The notes: generated by a model from the letters alone, not told the origin. 64,000 bases of DNA from an uncultured Eubacteriales bacterium (GCA_964346815.1 CAYFWF010000003.1:181559-245558), one strand, 5' to 3'; counted from the first letter of the stretch, positions 46,419 through 56,946 are shown. Made by a program: numbers and translations.

Positions 46419-47648
46419 ATGCCGCAAATTTCTTGGAATCTCGATAAGGATATCGGACAGATCAGAAGAATTTTTCCAATCTTGGACCGGTGTGTCTATT
46501 TGATCAGCAATTCCCTGGGGGCTGTCCCGGCGGCTGTCCAAGACGATCTCAAGCGATTCTATGCACTCTGGGCTGAAGAAGGAGTGACTGCCTGGCAGAA
46601 AGAATGGTGGGAACTGCCCCAGAAAGTTGGAAATGAAGTGGCTTCTCTGATCGGTGCAGAAGAAGACAGCATAACAATGATGACCAATGCGACCATTGGC
46701 CATTGGATCGTCCTGTCCACGCAATTTTCGAGAAGCCAAAATAGAAAAAAGATTGTCATAACAGACCACGATTTCCCCTCTATTGTCTACTGCATATCAC
46801 AAATCTGTGCCTTCATGGGATGGGAACTCGATGTGATTGAGAGTGAGGAAAAAGCAGGTGTAAGCGCGGATAGAATCATCGAACGGATCGATGAGCAGAC
46901 ACTTTTTGTGGCAACCTCGCACGTTTACTTCAAATCGGCTTATGTTCAGGATATTTCAAGGATTGCCCATCATGCTCGACGGGCTGGTGCCTTATCCCTC
47001 ATCGATGGTTATCATGCTCCTGGGACCCTACCTGTGGATGTTCAAACATTAGGAGCGGATTTTTATATCGGCGGGTGCTTGAAATGGCTGTGTGGGGGGC
47101 CTGGCAACGCTTTCCTGTATGTGCGGCCAGACAGGCAGAGCACCCTTCGCCCCCGGCTGACAGGTTGGTTCGCACACAAGAATCCTTTTTCCTTTTCAAC
47201 CGACATGGAATACACAGACGGATCTTTCAGGTTCATGTCGGGAACACCTCCTATCGCCGCTCTTTATACTGCTCGAGCGGGTTTAGATGTGATCCGGAAA
47301 ATCGGGGTGGATCAAATCCGTCGAAAATCTCTCGATCAGACACGATTGATCATCGAAAAGGCCAGGCAAAGAGGATTCGCTCTCTATACACCCGAGGAGG
47401 ATGCTGCAAGAGGCGGAGCGGTCTCTCTGGGCTTGCCCCATGCTTATCAAGTGAAACTGGCCCTGAATGCAAGACATGTGAAAGTCGATTTCAGAAAGGG
47501 CAACGAGACAGATGCAGATGTCATCCGGATAGGCCCTCATTTTTACACAGAAGACAGTGAGATCCATGATTTGTTCGATGCTATCGATGAAATTCTATCG
47601 TCAAAGGAATACCAAAAATATTTTGGGAAAGCCGAGCTGATCACTTAG
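46419..47648 (+). CDS. kynU: kynureninase-family PLP-dependent hydrolase
   Basis: VYLISNSLGAVP (cf. IYLDGNSLGARP), LGADFYIGGCLKWLCGGPGNAFLYV (cf. [26 protein letters not shown]), LTGWFAHKNPFSF (cf. LSGWFGHSRQF). 409 aa. Confidence 0.75.
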   Translation: MPQISWNLDKDIGQIRRIFPILDRCVYLISNSLGAVPAAVQDDLKRFYALWAEEGVTAWQKEWWELPQKVGNEVASLIGAEEDSITMMTNATIGHWIVLSTQFSRSQNRKKIVITDHDFPSIVYCISQICAFMGWELDVIESEEKAGVSADRIIERIDEQTLFVATSHVYFKSAYVQDISRIAHHARRAGALSLIDGYHAPGTLPVDVQTLGADFYIGGCLKWLCGGPGNAFLYVRPDRQSTLRPRLTGWFAHKNPFSFSTDMEYTDGSFRFMSGTPPIAALYTARAGLDVIRKIGVDQIRRKSLDQTRLIIEKARQRGFALYTPEEDAARGGAVSLGLPHAYQVKLALNARHVKVDFRKGNETDADVIRIGPHFYTEDSEIHDLFDAIDEILSSKEYQKYFGKAELIT

Positions 47649-47769
47649 ACATTCAATCATCGTTTCCACAAGAGCCAGATTTCCGCAAAACCAGGAATTT
47701 ACAGAGTGAAAGTGTTTAAAAAAAAGCAGGAATGGGTTATATTAAAAACAATGAGGAGCAAAACCTGAG

Positions 47770-48786
47770 ATGGAGAAGGTGAATAAGATATCCCGGCGAA
47801 AATTTTTGAACGATTCACTCTCCTTGATGTGCTCCGCTGTCGCTTTCCCGGCTGATTTTTTTGGCCATGGAGGTTTTCCTTCTGGTGATCCTTCTTATCT
47901 AAAGCTTCATAGATATGGGACTCTTGCTGAACGTATGAGGCAGCTGCAATCTGTTTATGAAAGCTGTCATCTGTGCCCAAGGGACTGCCGGGTGAACAGG
48001 ACAAAAGGCCAAACCGGAAAATGTCAAGCCTCCGCGCAGGTCAAGGTATCCAGTGCTGTCGCTCATTTCGGGGAAGAATCGCCTCTGGTGGGAAAAAATG
48101 GGTCGGGCACTATCTTTTTTTCCAACTGTGGATTGCGGTGTATCTACTGCCAGAACTATTCCATAAGTCTCGAAGGCGAAGGAATTGAAATATCGGATAG
48201 ACGGTTGGCTGAAACCATGATGAAGCTTCAGAAGCTGGGATGTCATAACATCAATCTGGTCACACCGACTCACTATGTGCCCAGCATCGTCAGTGCCCTG
48301 CAGATCGCGATCCCTATGGGCCTTCGGATCCCTCTTGTGTACAACACCGGGGGATACGAAAAATTGGAGATTCTCCAACTTCTGGAAGATATCATCGACA
48401 TTTATATGCCTGACTGCAAGTATATGGAACCTGCGCATGCTGCAAAATATTCGGATGGAGCTTACAGCTATCCCTACTACGTTAAGATTGCCCTCAAGGA
48501 AATGTACAGGCAGGTGGGCGACCTCCAGGTGGAGAGAGGAATCGCTTCCAGGGGCTTGATCATCAGACATTTGGTGCTTCCGAACAAAATAGCTGGAACC
48601 GAGGAATTCTTGAAATTTGTATCCGAAAACCTTTCCAAAACCACTTACATCAATATCATGAGGCAATACAGACCCGAATACAAAGCATTTGAATACCCTG
48701 AGATCGCCAGAAGAATCACTCGAAAGGAATACAAAGAGTCATTGAATTGGGCAAAAAAATACGGGTTGAATCGTTTGGATGAGTGA
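47770..48786 (+). CDS. radical SAM protein, PflX/COG1313-like (pyruvate formate-lyase activase homolog), with Tat-like N-terminal motif
   Basis: CHLCPRDCRVNR N-terminal cysteine motif and radical SAM CGLRCIYCQNY. N-terminus SRRKFLNDSLSLMCSAVAF resembles a twin-arginine signal. GAGGAG SD upstream of ATG at 47770. Confidence 0.7.
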   Translation: MEKVNKISRRKFLNDSLSLMCSAVAFPADFFGHGGFPSGDPSYLKLHRYGTLAERMRQLQSVYESCHLCPRDCRVNRTKGQTGKCQASAQVKVSSAVAHFGEESPLVGKNGSGTIFFSNCGLRCIYCQNYSISLEGEGIEISDRRLAETMMKLQKLGCHNINLVTPTHYVPSIVSALQIAIPMGLRIPLVYNTGGYEKLEILQLLEDIIDIYMPDCKYMEPAHAAKYSDGAYSYPYYVKIALKEMYRQVGDLQVERGIASRGLIIRHLVLPNKIAGTEEFLKFVSENLSKTTYINIMRQYRPEYKAFEYPEIARRITRKEYKESLNWAKKYGLNRLDE

Positions 48787-48789
48787 CAA

Positions 48790-51150
48790 GTGAAGCATTT
48801 GAAGTTTTTTCCTGTGTTTGTATCTCTGGTTGCTTTCCCCTTTATCCTGTCTTCGGGCTTGGATGCCGAAGTTCCGTATCAATGGAAGAATGTATACATC
48901 GGAGCCTTAGAGGCGAGAGCATGGGCGGGCTTGATGATGATTCCCTATCCAGACAGCGCCTTCGCCTTTCGATTGAGAACCATCAAGCAAGAAGCGATGG
49001 CCGAAGGAATAGACCACCTCTTTCTTGTGTCTGAAGTAGGTCCCCATTCTCCTGACGGACAGTATGCACGCATGAAATTCGATCTAGGTTTGCCATTTGG
49101 AAAAGAGGAAGACACCCCAATTTTGAAAAAGCCATCTAAAAAGTCCTCGACTCTGGTCATGGAGTGGTCTCGGCAGAGTGAGAGAATCGTCACAGGGAGA
49201 ATTTTTGTTCCTGAAGATATTGAGCTGCAGTTGATTCATTATTTTCCATGGAACTTTGGGGGAAAGTATCAGTTCCTTTCAGATGGACAAATCAGAGGAG
49301 AAAGTACATCCTCTCAACAGCAACATTATCTGTTCTGGACAAACACAGAAGGAAAAGAAGTCGAAAACTCTGAGGGGGACAATCTCGCTTTGACATTCTC
49401 GTCAAAAAAGATTTATTTCGTAGCCGGCGTGGGAAGGGATTTAAGGATTCTTCAGAATCAGATCTACAGATATAAGAACGAAGGGATTATTGATAAATTT
49501 TTATCAGAAGAGGAGAAAAGGTACCAGCGGAAAAGGGTCAGGATCCGTGGACTGTACGAGGGCGTCGAGGAGGCTATCACAAACAACCTTTTTTGGACCA
49601 TCCTCTACCAGGCAGGAAATCACCGTGTGTATACACCTGCCGGTCGGCGTTGGATTTTCCCTCGAGGAGATGGATCATATGACCATTGGACAATTTTCGA
49701 ATGGGATTCTTTTTTCAATGCCCTTTTGCTGTCAGTAGAGAGCACAAAACATGCAAAAGAAGTCATGAAGTCTGTGCTTGAGACTCAATATCCGAATGGA
49801 AACATTCCAAATTGGCGGGGAAGATATACAGGGACTCCGGACAGGTCTCAACCGCCCATTGGCTCCTACTGTGTTCTCAAGTGTTTTCAGAAGGACGGAG
49901 ATTTGGAATTTCTTCGGTATGCGTATCCCTTTCTGAAGAGATGGCACTCCTTCTGGAAGGCCAGGAAGTCGAATAGTCAGGCCCGCCGAGATGGTAATGG
50001 AGATGGCCTTTTAGAATGGGGATCGGATACAGAGCTCATAGCTTCCGACCCTCCACCGTGGGAGGAGGATGCCAGCGGAGAGACCCGGGCCAGTTGGGAG
50101 TCCGGCCAGGATGATCTCCCCAACTGGGATAAAGCGACCTTCGACGAGGATACCAATACACTGACCATGAATTCACTGGACCTGAATTCTTTATATGCTC
50201 TTGATGCTTGGTGCTTGGCAGAAATCGCCAAGATTCTCAAGAACGAGCGGGAATATACGGCTTACATCGAAGAATATCTGCACATGAAGGACCTTATCAA
50301 TACTTATCTCTGGAATGAAACAGAAGGATTTTATTTCGATAGATACTGGGATGGCCGCTTTTCTGAAAAAAAGGCTGCTTCGAATTTTTATCCACTCATC
50401 GCCAAAATCCCAGACAGGCAAAGAGCTCTGTTGATGATAAAGCGACTTCTCAACGAGCAAGAATTCTGGGGTGAATATGTGATCCCCACCATATCAAGAG
50501 ATGATCCGGCATTCAAGGACCAGGATTATTGGAGGGGGAATATTTGGCCCCCACCCAATTATTTGATTTATCAAGGACTCAAGGCTTATGGCTTTGATGC
50601 GGTCGCCTCAGAGTTTGCCGAAAAGAGTGCGAATCTTTTCCTCCGAAGTTGGGAGAATTTCCAGATCTGTCCAGAAAATTTTGATGCTCGTACCGGGGAA
50701 GCAGGAGGAAGGAGGTTTCAGAGTTGGGGCCCTCTGTTTGCCTTGATTGCCCTGGAAGAATACTTGGATTTCACGCCTTGGGACGGATTCAGGTTCGGAA
50801 TGATAAAGCCTGAAAAAAAAGGAAAGCTTTCCAGGATCTTTATCCAGGGCAGACATTACGATGTTGTGCTTTCACCTTCCAAGGTCAAATTGAAAGAAGA
50901 AGGAAGGGATATTCTGGAGGCAGATGAAGCTGCCGTTTTTCGGCACTTTCTCTACTCGGAGAGTGAAGTCTCTTTTGAAGTCAAAACTCTTGAGGAGACA
51001 GAAATAAAAATTCATTTCCTTTCAAAAGGGAAGTATCAGCTTGAGGTGAACAATCAACCTTCAGAGGTCTTCGAGGGCAAATCGATCAAGGTGACTGTGC
51101 CTGAGGGGGAACACACTGTCCTCGTTCTTCTTCTGGAGAAAGAAAATTAA
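48790..51150 (+). CDS. secreted (alpha/alpha)6 six-hairpin glycoside hydrolase, clan GH-G (GH37 trehalase / GH63-like)
   Basis: Signal peptide. PRGDGSYDHWTIFEWDSFF resembles trehalase signature 1 (PGGRF.E.YYWDSY) and YWRGNIWPPPNY resembles signature 2 (QWD.P.GWAPP). 786 aa. Starts 4 nt after the radical SAM gene. Confidence 0.55.
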   Translation: MKHLKFFPVFVSLVAFPFILSSGLDAEVPYQWKNVYIGALEARAWAGLMMIPYPDSAFAFRLRTIKQEAMAEGIDHLFLVSEVGPHSPDGQYARMKFDLGLPFGKEEDTPILKKPSKKSSTLVMEWSRQSERIVTGRIFVPEDIELQLIHYFPWNFGGKYQFLSDGQIRGESTSSQQQHYLFWTNTEGKEVENSEGDNLALTFSSKKIYFVAGVGRDLRILQNQIYRYKNEGIIDKFLSEEEKRYQRKRVRIRGLYEGVEEAITNNLFWTILYQAGNHRVYTPAGRRWIFPRGDGSYDHWTIFEWDSFFNALLLSVESTKHAKEVMKSVLETQYPNGNIPNWRGRYTGTPDRSQPPIGSYCVLKCFQKDGDLEFLRYAYPFLKRWHSFWKARKSNSQARRDGNGDGLLEWGSDTELIASDPPPWEEDASGETRASWESGQDDLPNWDKATFDEDTNTLTMNSLDLNSLYALDAWCLAEIAKILKNEREYTAYIEEYLHMKDLINTYLWNETEGFYFDRYWDGRFSEKKAASNFYPLIAKIPDRQRALLMIKRLLNEQEFWGEYVIPTISRDDPAFKDQDYWRGNIWPPPNYLIYQGLKAYGFDAVASEFAEKSANLFLRSWENFQICPENFDARTGEAGGRRFQSWGPLFALIALEEYLDFTPWDGFRFGMIKPEKKGKLSRIFIQGRHYDVVLSPSKVKLKEEGRDILEADEAAVFRHFLYSESEVSFEVKTLEETEIKIHFLSKGKYQLEVNNQPSEVFEGKSIKVTVPEGEHTVLVLLLEKEN

Positions 51151-51177
51151 ATCGACTCCGCCTCTATCTACGAGGGG

Positions 51178-51972
51178 ATGAACATGAAAAATTATACAGG
51201 GACAATAAGGTCCACTTCATTTGTCAACAAGACCTGCCTGATTTCAGGAGCAGCATCGGGAATTGGTTTGGCAGTCACTCGATGCATGGCTCACGCTGGA
51301 GCCGATGTCGCGTTGATAGACATCGATGAAAAAGGCGGAAGACAGGCGGAAGAAGATCTCCAGGCGCTCCGGGTCAAATCGAAATTCTACCCCTGCGATG
51401 TCGGCCAAAGTTCTGACTGCCGGAAGACAGTCTCAGCCGTGCTGAAGGATTTTGAAAAAATAGATATTCTGGTGAACAATGCTGGGATTATCCTTAGAAA
51501 AGACATCGTCGAGTTGAGAGAGGACGAGTGGGATAGAGTGATGAATACAAACTTGAAGTCCGTCTATCTGCTCTCACATTATACCGTTCCTCATATGATC
51601 GAGCAGGGTGGGGGAAGCATCATCAATATCGGATCCGGCTGGGGCCTCAAAGGAGGACCGAAGTCTGCGGTTTACTGTGCGGCAAAAGGAGGCGTCGTCA
51701 ATCTGACACGTGCCATGGCTATAGACCATGGAAGGCATAACATACGGGTCAACTGCGTGTGCCCCGGAGACGTCGAAACCAAACTCCTCCGGGAAGAGGC
51801 AGGGCAGCTCCATATTGATTTTAAGGCGCTGATCAAAGAAGCAGCCAGAAGACCTCTTCCAAGGATCGGCAGTCCAGACGATGTGGCCGATGCCGTACTC
51901 TTTCTTGCCAGCGAGATGTCCAGTTGGGTCACGGGCAGCGTTTTGGTGGTAGATGGAGGGGGATTAGCATAA
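51178..51972 (+). CDS. short-chain dehydrogenase/reductase (SDR)
   Basis: Cofactor loop ISGAASGIGLA, NNAG motif, catalytic YCAAKGG (YxxxK). 264 aa. Confidence 0.85.
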   Translation: MNMKNYTGTIRSTSFVNKTCLISGAASGIGLAVTRCMAHAGADVALIDIDEKGGRQAEEDLQALRVKSKFYPCDVGQSSDCRKTVSAVLKDFEKIDILVNNAGIILRKDIVELREDEWDRVMNTNLKSVYLLSHYTVPHMIEQGGGSIINIGSGWGLKGGPKSAVYCAAKGGVVNLTRAMAIDHGRHNIRVNCVCPGDVETKLLREEAGQLHIDFKALIKEAARRPLPRIGSPDDVADAVLFLASEMSSWVTGSVLVVDGGGLA

Positions 51973-52033
51973 ACATAATCTCGGATTGTAACGGGCAAAT
52001 CCTCATGACGGATGCGCCAGAAAGGAGGATTTC

Positions 52034-55000
52034 ATGAAAATTTTTGTTTCCAGGATGGCTTTTTGTCTTCTCTTTATTTTTTTCCTGTTTCAAGGTCATG
52101 GTCTTGGAGCAGGGGAGAGAAAAGATGCAGATCAGGATAAATATTCGATCGAAAACCTTCCATTAGGTGCCATGAAATTCAGATCCATCGGACCCGCTCT
52201 GACTTCAGGAAGGATATCTGATTTTGCCGTAAATCCCCAGAAGAGAAGTGAGTATTATGTTGCCACCTCTTCCGGAGGTGTTTGGAAGACCACAAATGCA
52301 GGAACGACCTTCGAGCCGCTTTTTGACAGTCAAGAATCCTACTCCATCGGATGTATCACGCTCGATTCCCATAATCCCAATGTCATCTGGGTAGGGACTG
52401 GAGAAAACAACAATCAGCGCAGCGTTGGCTATGGGGAAGGAGTGTATAAATCTATAGATGGCGGAAAAACCTGGGAAAACGTGGGGCTCGAATCCTCAGA
52501 GCATATCGGTATGATCGTCATCGATCCCAGAGATTCAGATGTGGTCTATGTAGCAGCTTATGGGCCTCTGTGGAGTCCAGGAGGAGAAAGAGGTCTTTAC
52601 AAATCGATAAACGGAGGCAAGTCGTGGGATGCTGTGCTGACCATTAGTGAACATACGGGCATCAGCGAGGTCCATCTTGACCCCAGAAATCCTGATGTCA
52701 TCTATGCGGTCGCTCATCAAAGGCGGAGACATGTGTTTACCTTGATCGACGGCGGGCCCGAATCAGGTATTTACAAATCCTCAGATGCAGGAAAGACTTG
52801 GGAGGAAATAAACAAAGGTTTACCTGGCGGAGATCTTGGTAGGATTGGGTTAGCCATATCTCCGGCTGATCCGGAATTCATGTATGCAATTGTCGAAGCT
52901 CAAAGAGGCAAGGGAGGTTTTTACAGAAGCACGAATAGAGGAGCCTCTTGGGAACGGAGAAGCAGCTACACCTCCAGGGGAAACTATTATCAAGAACTGT
53001 TTTGCGACCCGGAAGATCCGCAGCGCGTCTATTCTATGAATGTCTATCTCCAGGTTACAGATGACGGAGGAATATCCTGGCGGAATCTGGGCGAGCGGAG
53101 CAAGCACGTGGACAATCACGCCATGTGGATCGATCCCCATGATACGGATTACTATCTTGTGGGATGCGATGGAGGGATCTATGAATCCTTTGACAGGGGA
53201 AAAACATGGAATTATATGCCGAATCTGCCGGTCACACAGTTTTATAAAGTCGCGGTGGACACTGCCGAGCCCTTCTATAATGTCTACGGCGGGACCCAGG
53301 ATAACTCCAGCATAGGAGGGCCCTCACGCACGACCAGTTCACATGGTATTGTCAATTCTGATTGGTATATCACTCATGGCGGGGATGGTTTCGAGTCTCA
53401 GATCGATCCCGAGGACCCGAATATCGTGTATTCTCAATCTCAGTATGGAAATCTGGTGCGTTTTGACAAAAAAAGCGGAGAGAGGCTCGGAATACAGCCC
53501 AAGGAAAGAAAGGGTGAAAAATCGTACCGTTGGAATTGGGACGCTCCGCTGCTGATCAGCCCTCACTCCCACACCAGACTCTATTTTGCCGCTAACAAGC
53601 TCTTCCGCAGCGATGACAGAGGAGGAAGCTGGGAGGTGATAAGTGAAGATCTGACGCGGCAGATTGACCGCAACAAGCTTAAGGTCATGGGCCGAATATG
53701 GCCGATGGATGCAGTGGCTAAAAATGCATCCACATCTCCCTATGGAACAATCGTTGCCCTGGATGAGTCTCCAGTCCAAGAGGACCTTCTGGTAGTGGGG
53801 TCTGATGACGGGTTGATCCAGGTCACAGAGGACGGAGGAAAAACCTGGCGGAAGATAGAAAAATTTCCTGGTGTGCCTGAGGGGACATATGTCAATGAAG
53901 TGCTGGCGTCTCAGCATGATAAAAATACAATGTATGCGGCTTTTAACGACCACAAAAACGGCGACTTCAAGCCCTATTTGCTCAAGAGCACAGATGCCGG
54001 AAAAACTTGGGTATCGATTTCTTCCAATCTGCCCGAGAGAGGATCGGTTTACGCTTTGGCTGAAGATCATATCGAAAGGAACCTGCTCTTTTGTGGAACA
54101 GAGTTTGGCGTGTTTGTTACTCTGGATGGGGGGAAAGGCTGGAAACAACTCAAAGCCGGTCTTCCCACTATCGCTGTTCGGGATATAGCGGTCCAGAAGA
54201 GGGAAAACGATCTCGTGCTGGCGACTTTTGGACGTGGATTTTACATCCTCGATGATTACACTCCTCTCCGGTTTCTCAATTCAGGTACTTTGGATCAGGA
54301 TACTTTTATATTCCCAATAAAAAAAGCTTGGATGTTTGAGGAGTATGGCCGCTTGGGTGGCGGAAATAAGGGATCTCAGGGAGAGATGTATTTTACAGCC
54401 GAAAATCCTCCTTTCGGGGCAACCATCACCTATTATTTGAAAGAAGATATTCAAACACTCAAGGAGAAACGGGAGCAGGAAGAAAAAAAAGCGATCAAAA
54501 ATAACCAACCGGTTTATTATCCTTCCTATGAGCAAATGAAGGCAGAACAGGAAGAAGAGATTCCCTTCTTAGTTTTTACTATTTTAGACGAAGAGGGATA
54601 TGTGGTGCGGCGGCTGAGGGAGAAACCAAAAGCCGGCATGCATAGAATGACCTGGGATCTCAGATATCCTGGCGCGGGTCCAACTTCCACAAGAGATGTC
54701 ATCCCAGCCTCGAGCGGTCCCTCAAGCACTTTCGTTCTTCCAGGAAAGTATACAATTTATTTGTCCAAAAATGTCAATGGAAAGGAAACAAAACTGACAG
54801 AGCCGGTGGGTTTCGATGTAGAGACTCTCGGCCTGGCGACTCTCCCTGCTGAAGATCGGGCCGAATTGGTGGCCTTCCAGAAAGAAGTGAGGGAGTTAAA
54901 CAGAGCGGTCCTTGCAGCTTCAGACATTGTTAGGGAACTCAATGATAAAATCCAGCATTTCAAGGTAGCTCTGAAGAGTATCACTACACAAGAAGCAGGG

Positions 55001-55330
55001 CTTCGTGCAGATATCCAAACCGTGGAACAAAAGGTGGCTGACATCCAAAGAAAGCTGTTCGGAGACAGCATCATGAGGCGAATAGACAGGGACGCTGAAC
55101 CAGGTCTGTATTCACGGATCAGAAGGATCATTTATGATCAGAGGCGCTCCACATCTGCCCCCACCCAGTCTCAAAGAGATGCCTACCAGATTGTGGCAGA
55201 AGAATTCCCTCCTGTTCTTGCGTCCTTGAAGAAAATCGTTGAGGAAGATATCAAGAAGATCGAGGATAAGCTCGAAGAAATAGGAGCTCCCTATACACCC
55301 GGGCGTCTTCCTGAGTGGAAGCGAAAATGA
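52034..55330 (+). CDS. secreted BNR/Asp-box repeat protein (sortilin/VPS10- or GH74-like double beta-propeller) with C-terminal coiled-coil region
   Basis: Signal peptide. Ten S/T-x-D-G-G-K-T-W Asp-box repeats read directly (SIDGGKTW, SINGGKSW, SSDAGKTW, STNRGASW, TDDGGISW, FDRGKTW, SDDRGGSW, TEDGGKTW, STDAGKTW, LDGGKGW). 1098 aa. Confidence 0.75.
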   Translation: MKIFVSRMAFCLLFIFFLFQGHGLGAGERKDADQDKYSIENLPLGAMKFRSIGPALTSGRISDFAVNPQKRSEYYVATSSGGVWKTTNAGTTFEPLFDSQESYSIGCITLDSHNPNVIWVGTGENNNQRSVGYGEGVYKSIDGGKTWENVGLESSEHIGMIVIDPRDSDVVYVAAYGPLWSPGGERGLYKSINGGKSWDAVLTISEHTGISEVHLDPRNPDVIYAVAHQRRRHVFTLIDGGPESGIYKSSDAGKTWEEINKGLPGGDLGRIGLAISPADPEFMYAIVEAQRGKGGFYRSTNRGASWERRSSYTSRGNYYQELFCDPEDPQRVYSMNVYLQVTDDGGISWRNLGERSKHVDNHAMWIDPHDTDYYLVGCDGGIYESFDRGKTWNYMPNLPVTQFYKVAVDTAEPFYNVYGGTQDNSSIGGPSRTTSSHGIVNSDWYITHGGDGFESQIDPEDPNIVYSQSQYGNLVRFDKKSGERLGIQPKERKGEKSYRWNWDAPLLISPHSHTRLYFAANKLFRSDDRGGSWEVISEDLTRQIDRNKLKVMGRIWPMDAVAKNASTSPYGTIVALDESPVQEDLLVVGSDDGLIQVTEDGGKTWRKIEKFPGVPEGTYVNEVLASQHDKNTMYAAFNDHKNGDFKPYLLKSTDAGKTWVSISSNLPERGSVYALAEDHIERNLLFCGTEFGVFVTLDGGKGWKQLKAGLPTIAVRDIAVQKRENDLVLATFGRGFYILDDYTPLRFLNSGTLDQDTFIFPIKKAWMFEEYGRLGGGNKGSQGEMYFTAENPPFGATITYYLKEDIQTLKEKREQEEKKAIKNNQPVYYPSYEQMKAEQEEEIPFLVFTILDEEGYVVRRLREKPKAGMHRMTWDLRYPGAGPTSTRDVIPASSGPSSTFVLPGKYTIYLSKNVNGKETKLTEPVGFDVETLGLATLPAEDRAELVAFQKEVRELNRAVLAASDIVRELNDKIQHFKVALKSITTQEAGLRADIQTVEQKVADIQRKLFGDSIMRRIDRDAEPGLYSRIRRIIYDQRRSTSAPTQSQRDAYQIVAEEFPPVLASLKKIVEEDIKKIEDKLEEIGAPYTPGRLPEWKRK

Positions 55331-55443
55331 AAAGACTTGACTTTCTCGCGGATATGATGGAAAAAATAACCTGTCTAAAGGATGGAGGATCATCCGAAAG
55401 CTGAGGGATTTACGCTACAGGCTTATAAAATGGACATAAAGGA

Positions 55444-56946
55444 GTGAATATGAATATCTACATCGTCATCATCCTTTGTTATCTGGCGGCTTTGACCATC
55501 ATGAACTTTTGGAGATCGAGCCGGGTCAAGACTAAAGATGATATGATGGTTGCGGGACGCCAAATCTCCGTGACAAAGATGGTGTTCACGTTGATCTGCA
55601 CATGGATCGGGAGCGGCACCTTCATTGCCGGAGCCGAATTTGCGGCAAAGGCTGGATGGAGTTCGCTCTGGTTTCCTGCAGGCGCCTGGGTGGGTATCAT
55701 CATAATCTATTTTCTTGCAGCAAAAATTAGGACATTCGGCCAGTATACTGTAGGAGATATCCTGGAAGTCAGGTATGGCCCGATCGCACGGGTGGTTGGA
55801 GCTATTGCCATCCTTATCAGCTTTACCGTTATCGTGAGCTACCAGTTCAAAGCGGGAGGGTATATCCTAAACGCAATATCAGAAGGAGCCATTTCTGAAG
55901 ATCAGGGGATGTTCATGTCCTTTGTTTTTGTGACGCTGTTTTTAGCAGTCGGAGGAATGGTTGCCGTGGCCAATACCGACCTTCCCAATGGAATCATCAT
56001 CCTGACATCCACAATTCTTGCCACCCCGCTTACCATGATCGCAGCAGGAGGATGGGAAAAGATCAAAACTATCCTTCCCGAATCTCACTTCCAGGTCATC
56101 AGTCAGGAATTCGGAGCAAATCCATACCTGAAAATTCCAGCCATTGGTCTCTCCACACTGATGCTCCTTCTCGGTGTCCAGAGCATGTATCAGAAATTCT
56201 ACAGTGCTCGCAATCCCCACGAAGCCAAAAAAGCGGCGGGCATCTGGGTTGTGGGAACCATCATCGTCGAAGGTGTAGCCATTGTTATCGCCATTTATGC
56301 TGCAGCCTATTTTTGGCCGGAGCTTCAAGCCGGCACCATGGATCATGCGGCAGTGATCATTCAGGCAGCAAAGAGAATGATCTGGCTTCCTGTAGGGGTC
56401 TTATTGTTAGGTGCCGCTACTGCAGTCGTGATTTCTACGGGCATGAATTATCTCTTATCTCCTACCACTACCATGCTGCACGATATTTACCTGAGGTTCA
56501 GTAAAAAGGACAAATCTCAAGTGAATCTGGTGTGGCCGCAGAGAATTCTGATTATCCTTTTGGGAGTTGTGGCTTTCTATTTAAGCTGGAGAATGGTCTC
56601 TGTTCTCGAGCAGGCCTATTTCGCCTACACTCTGTATGGAGTGGTTATCACTCCGGCTTTGCTTGCAGCCTTGATCTGGAAAAGAGCCACAAAGACCGCA
56701 GGGATCGTGTCGATTGTCCTTGGCACAATCGTTACGCTGTCATTAAAACTTGCAGGAACTTTCTGGCCCTCTATTATGAAACCCGTGGGGGATCCCAATG
56801 CAGATCCTTTCGGGATTCCCATCATCTATTGGGGGCTCGGCGTGTCTATCCTCAGCCTGGTATTGATTTCCTTATTCACCAAGCCTCCTTCTAAGGAAGT
56901 ACTGGACATATTTTTCCGCAGAAAAGAGAAAAAAGAACGGTTCTAG
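55444..56946 (+). CDS. sodium:solute symporter (SSS family) transporter
   Basis: 500 aa, about 13 TM segments. SSS-type N-terminal region (MVAGRQISVTKMVFTLICTWIGSGTFIAGAEFAAKAGW). Confidence 0.8.
   Translation: MNMNIYIVIILCYLAALTIMNFWRSSRVKTKDDMMVAGRQISVTKMVFTLICTWIGSGTFIAGAEFAAKAGWSSLWFPAGAWVGIIIIYFLAAKIRTFGQYTVGDILEVRYGPIARVVGAIAILISFTVIVSYQFKAGGYILNAISEGAISEDQGMFMSFVFVTLFLAVGGMVAVANTDLPNGIIILTSTILATPLTMIAAGGWEKIKTILPESHFQVISQEFGANPYLKIPAIGLSTLMLLLGVQSMYQKFYSARNPHEAKKAAGIWVVGTIIVEGVAIVIAIYAAAYFWPELQAGTMDHAAVIIQAAKRMIWLPVGVLLLGAATAVVISTGMNYLLSPTTTMLHDIYLRFSKKDKSQVNLVWPQRILIILLGVVAFYLSWRMVSVLEQAYFAYTLYGVVITPALLAALIWKRATKTAGIVSIVLGTIVTLSLKLAGTFWPSIMKPVGDPNADPFGIPIIYWGLGVSILSLVLISLFTKPPSKEVLDIFFRRKEKKERF

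Noticed and set aside
48790-51150. The 786-aa protein after the PflX-like radical SAM gene as a glycyl-radical enzyme
   Set aside because: No C-terminal glycyl radical motif (RVSGY). It carries a signal peptide and trehalase/GH63-like signatures instead.
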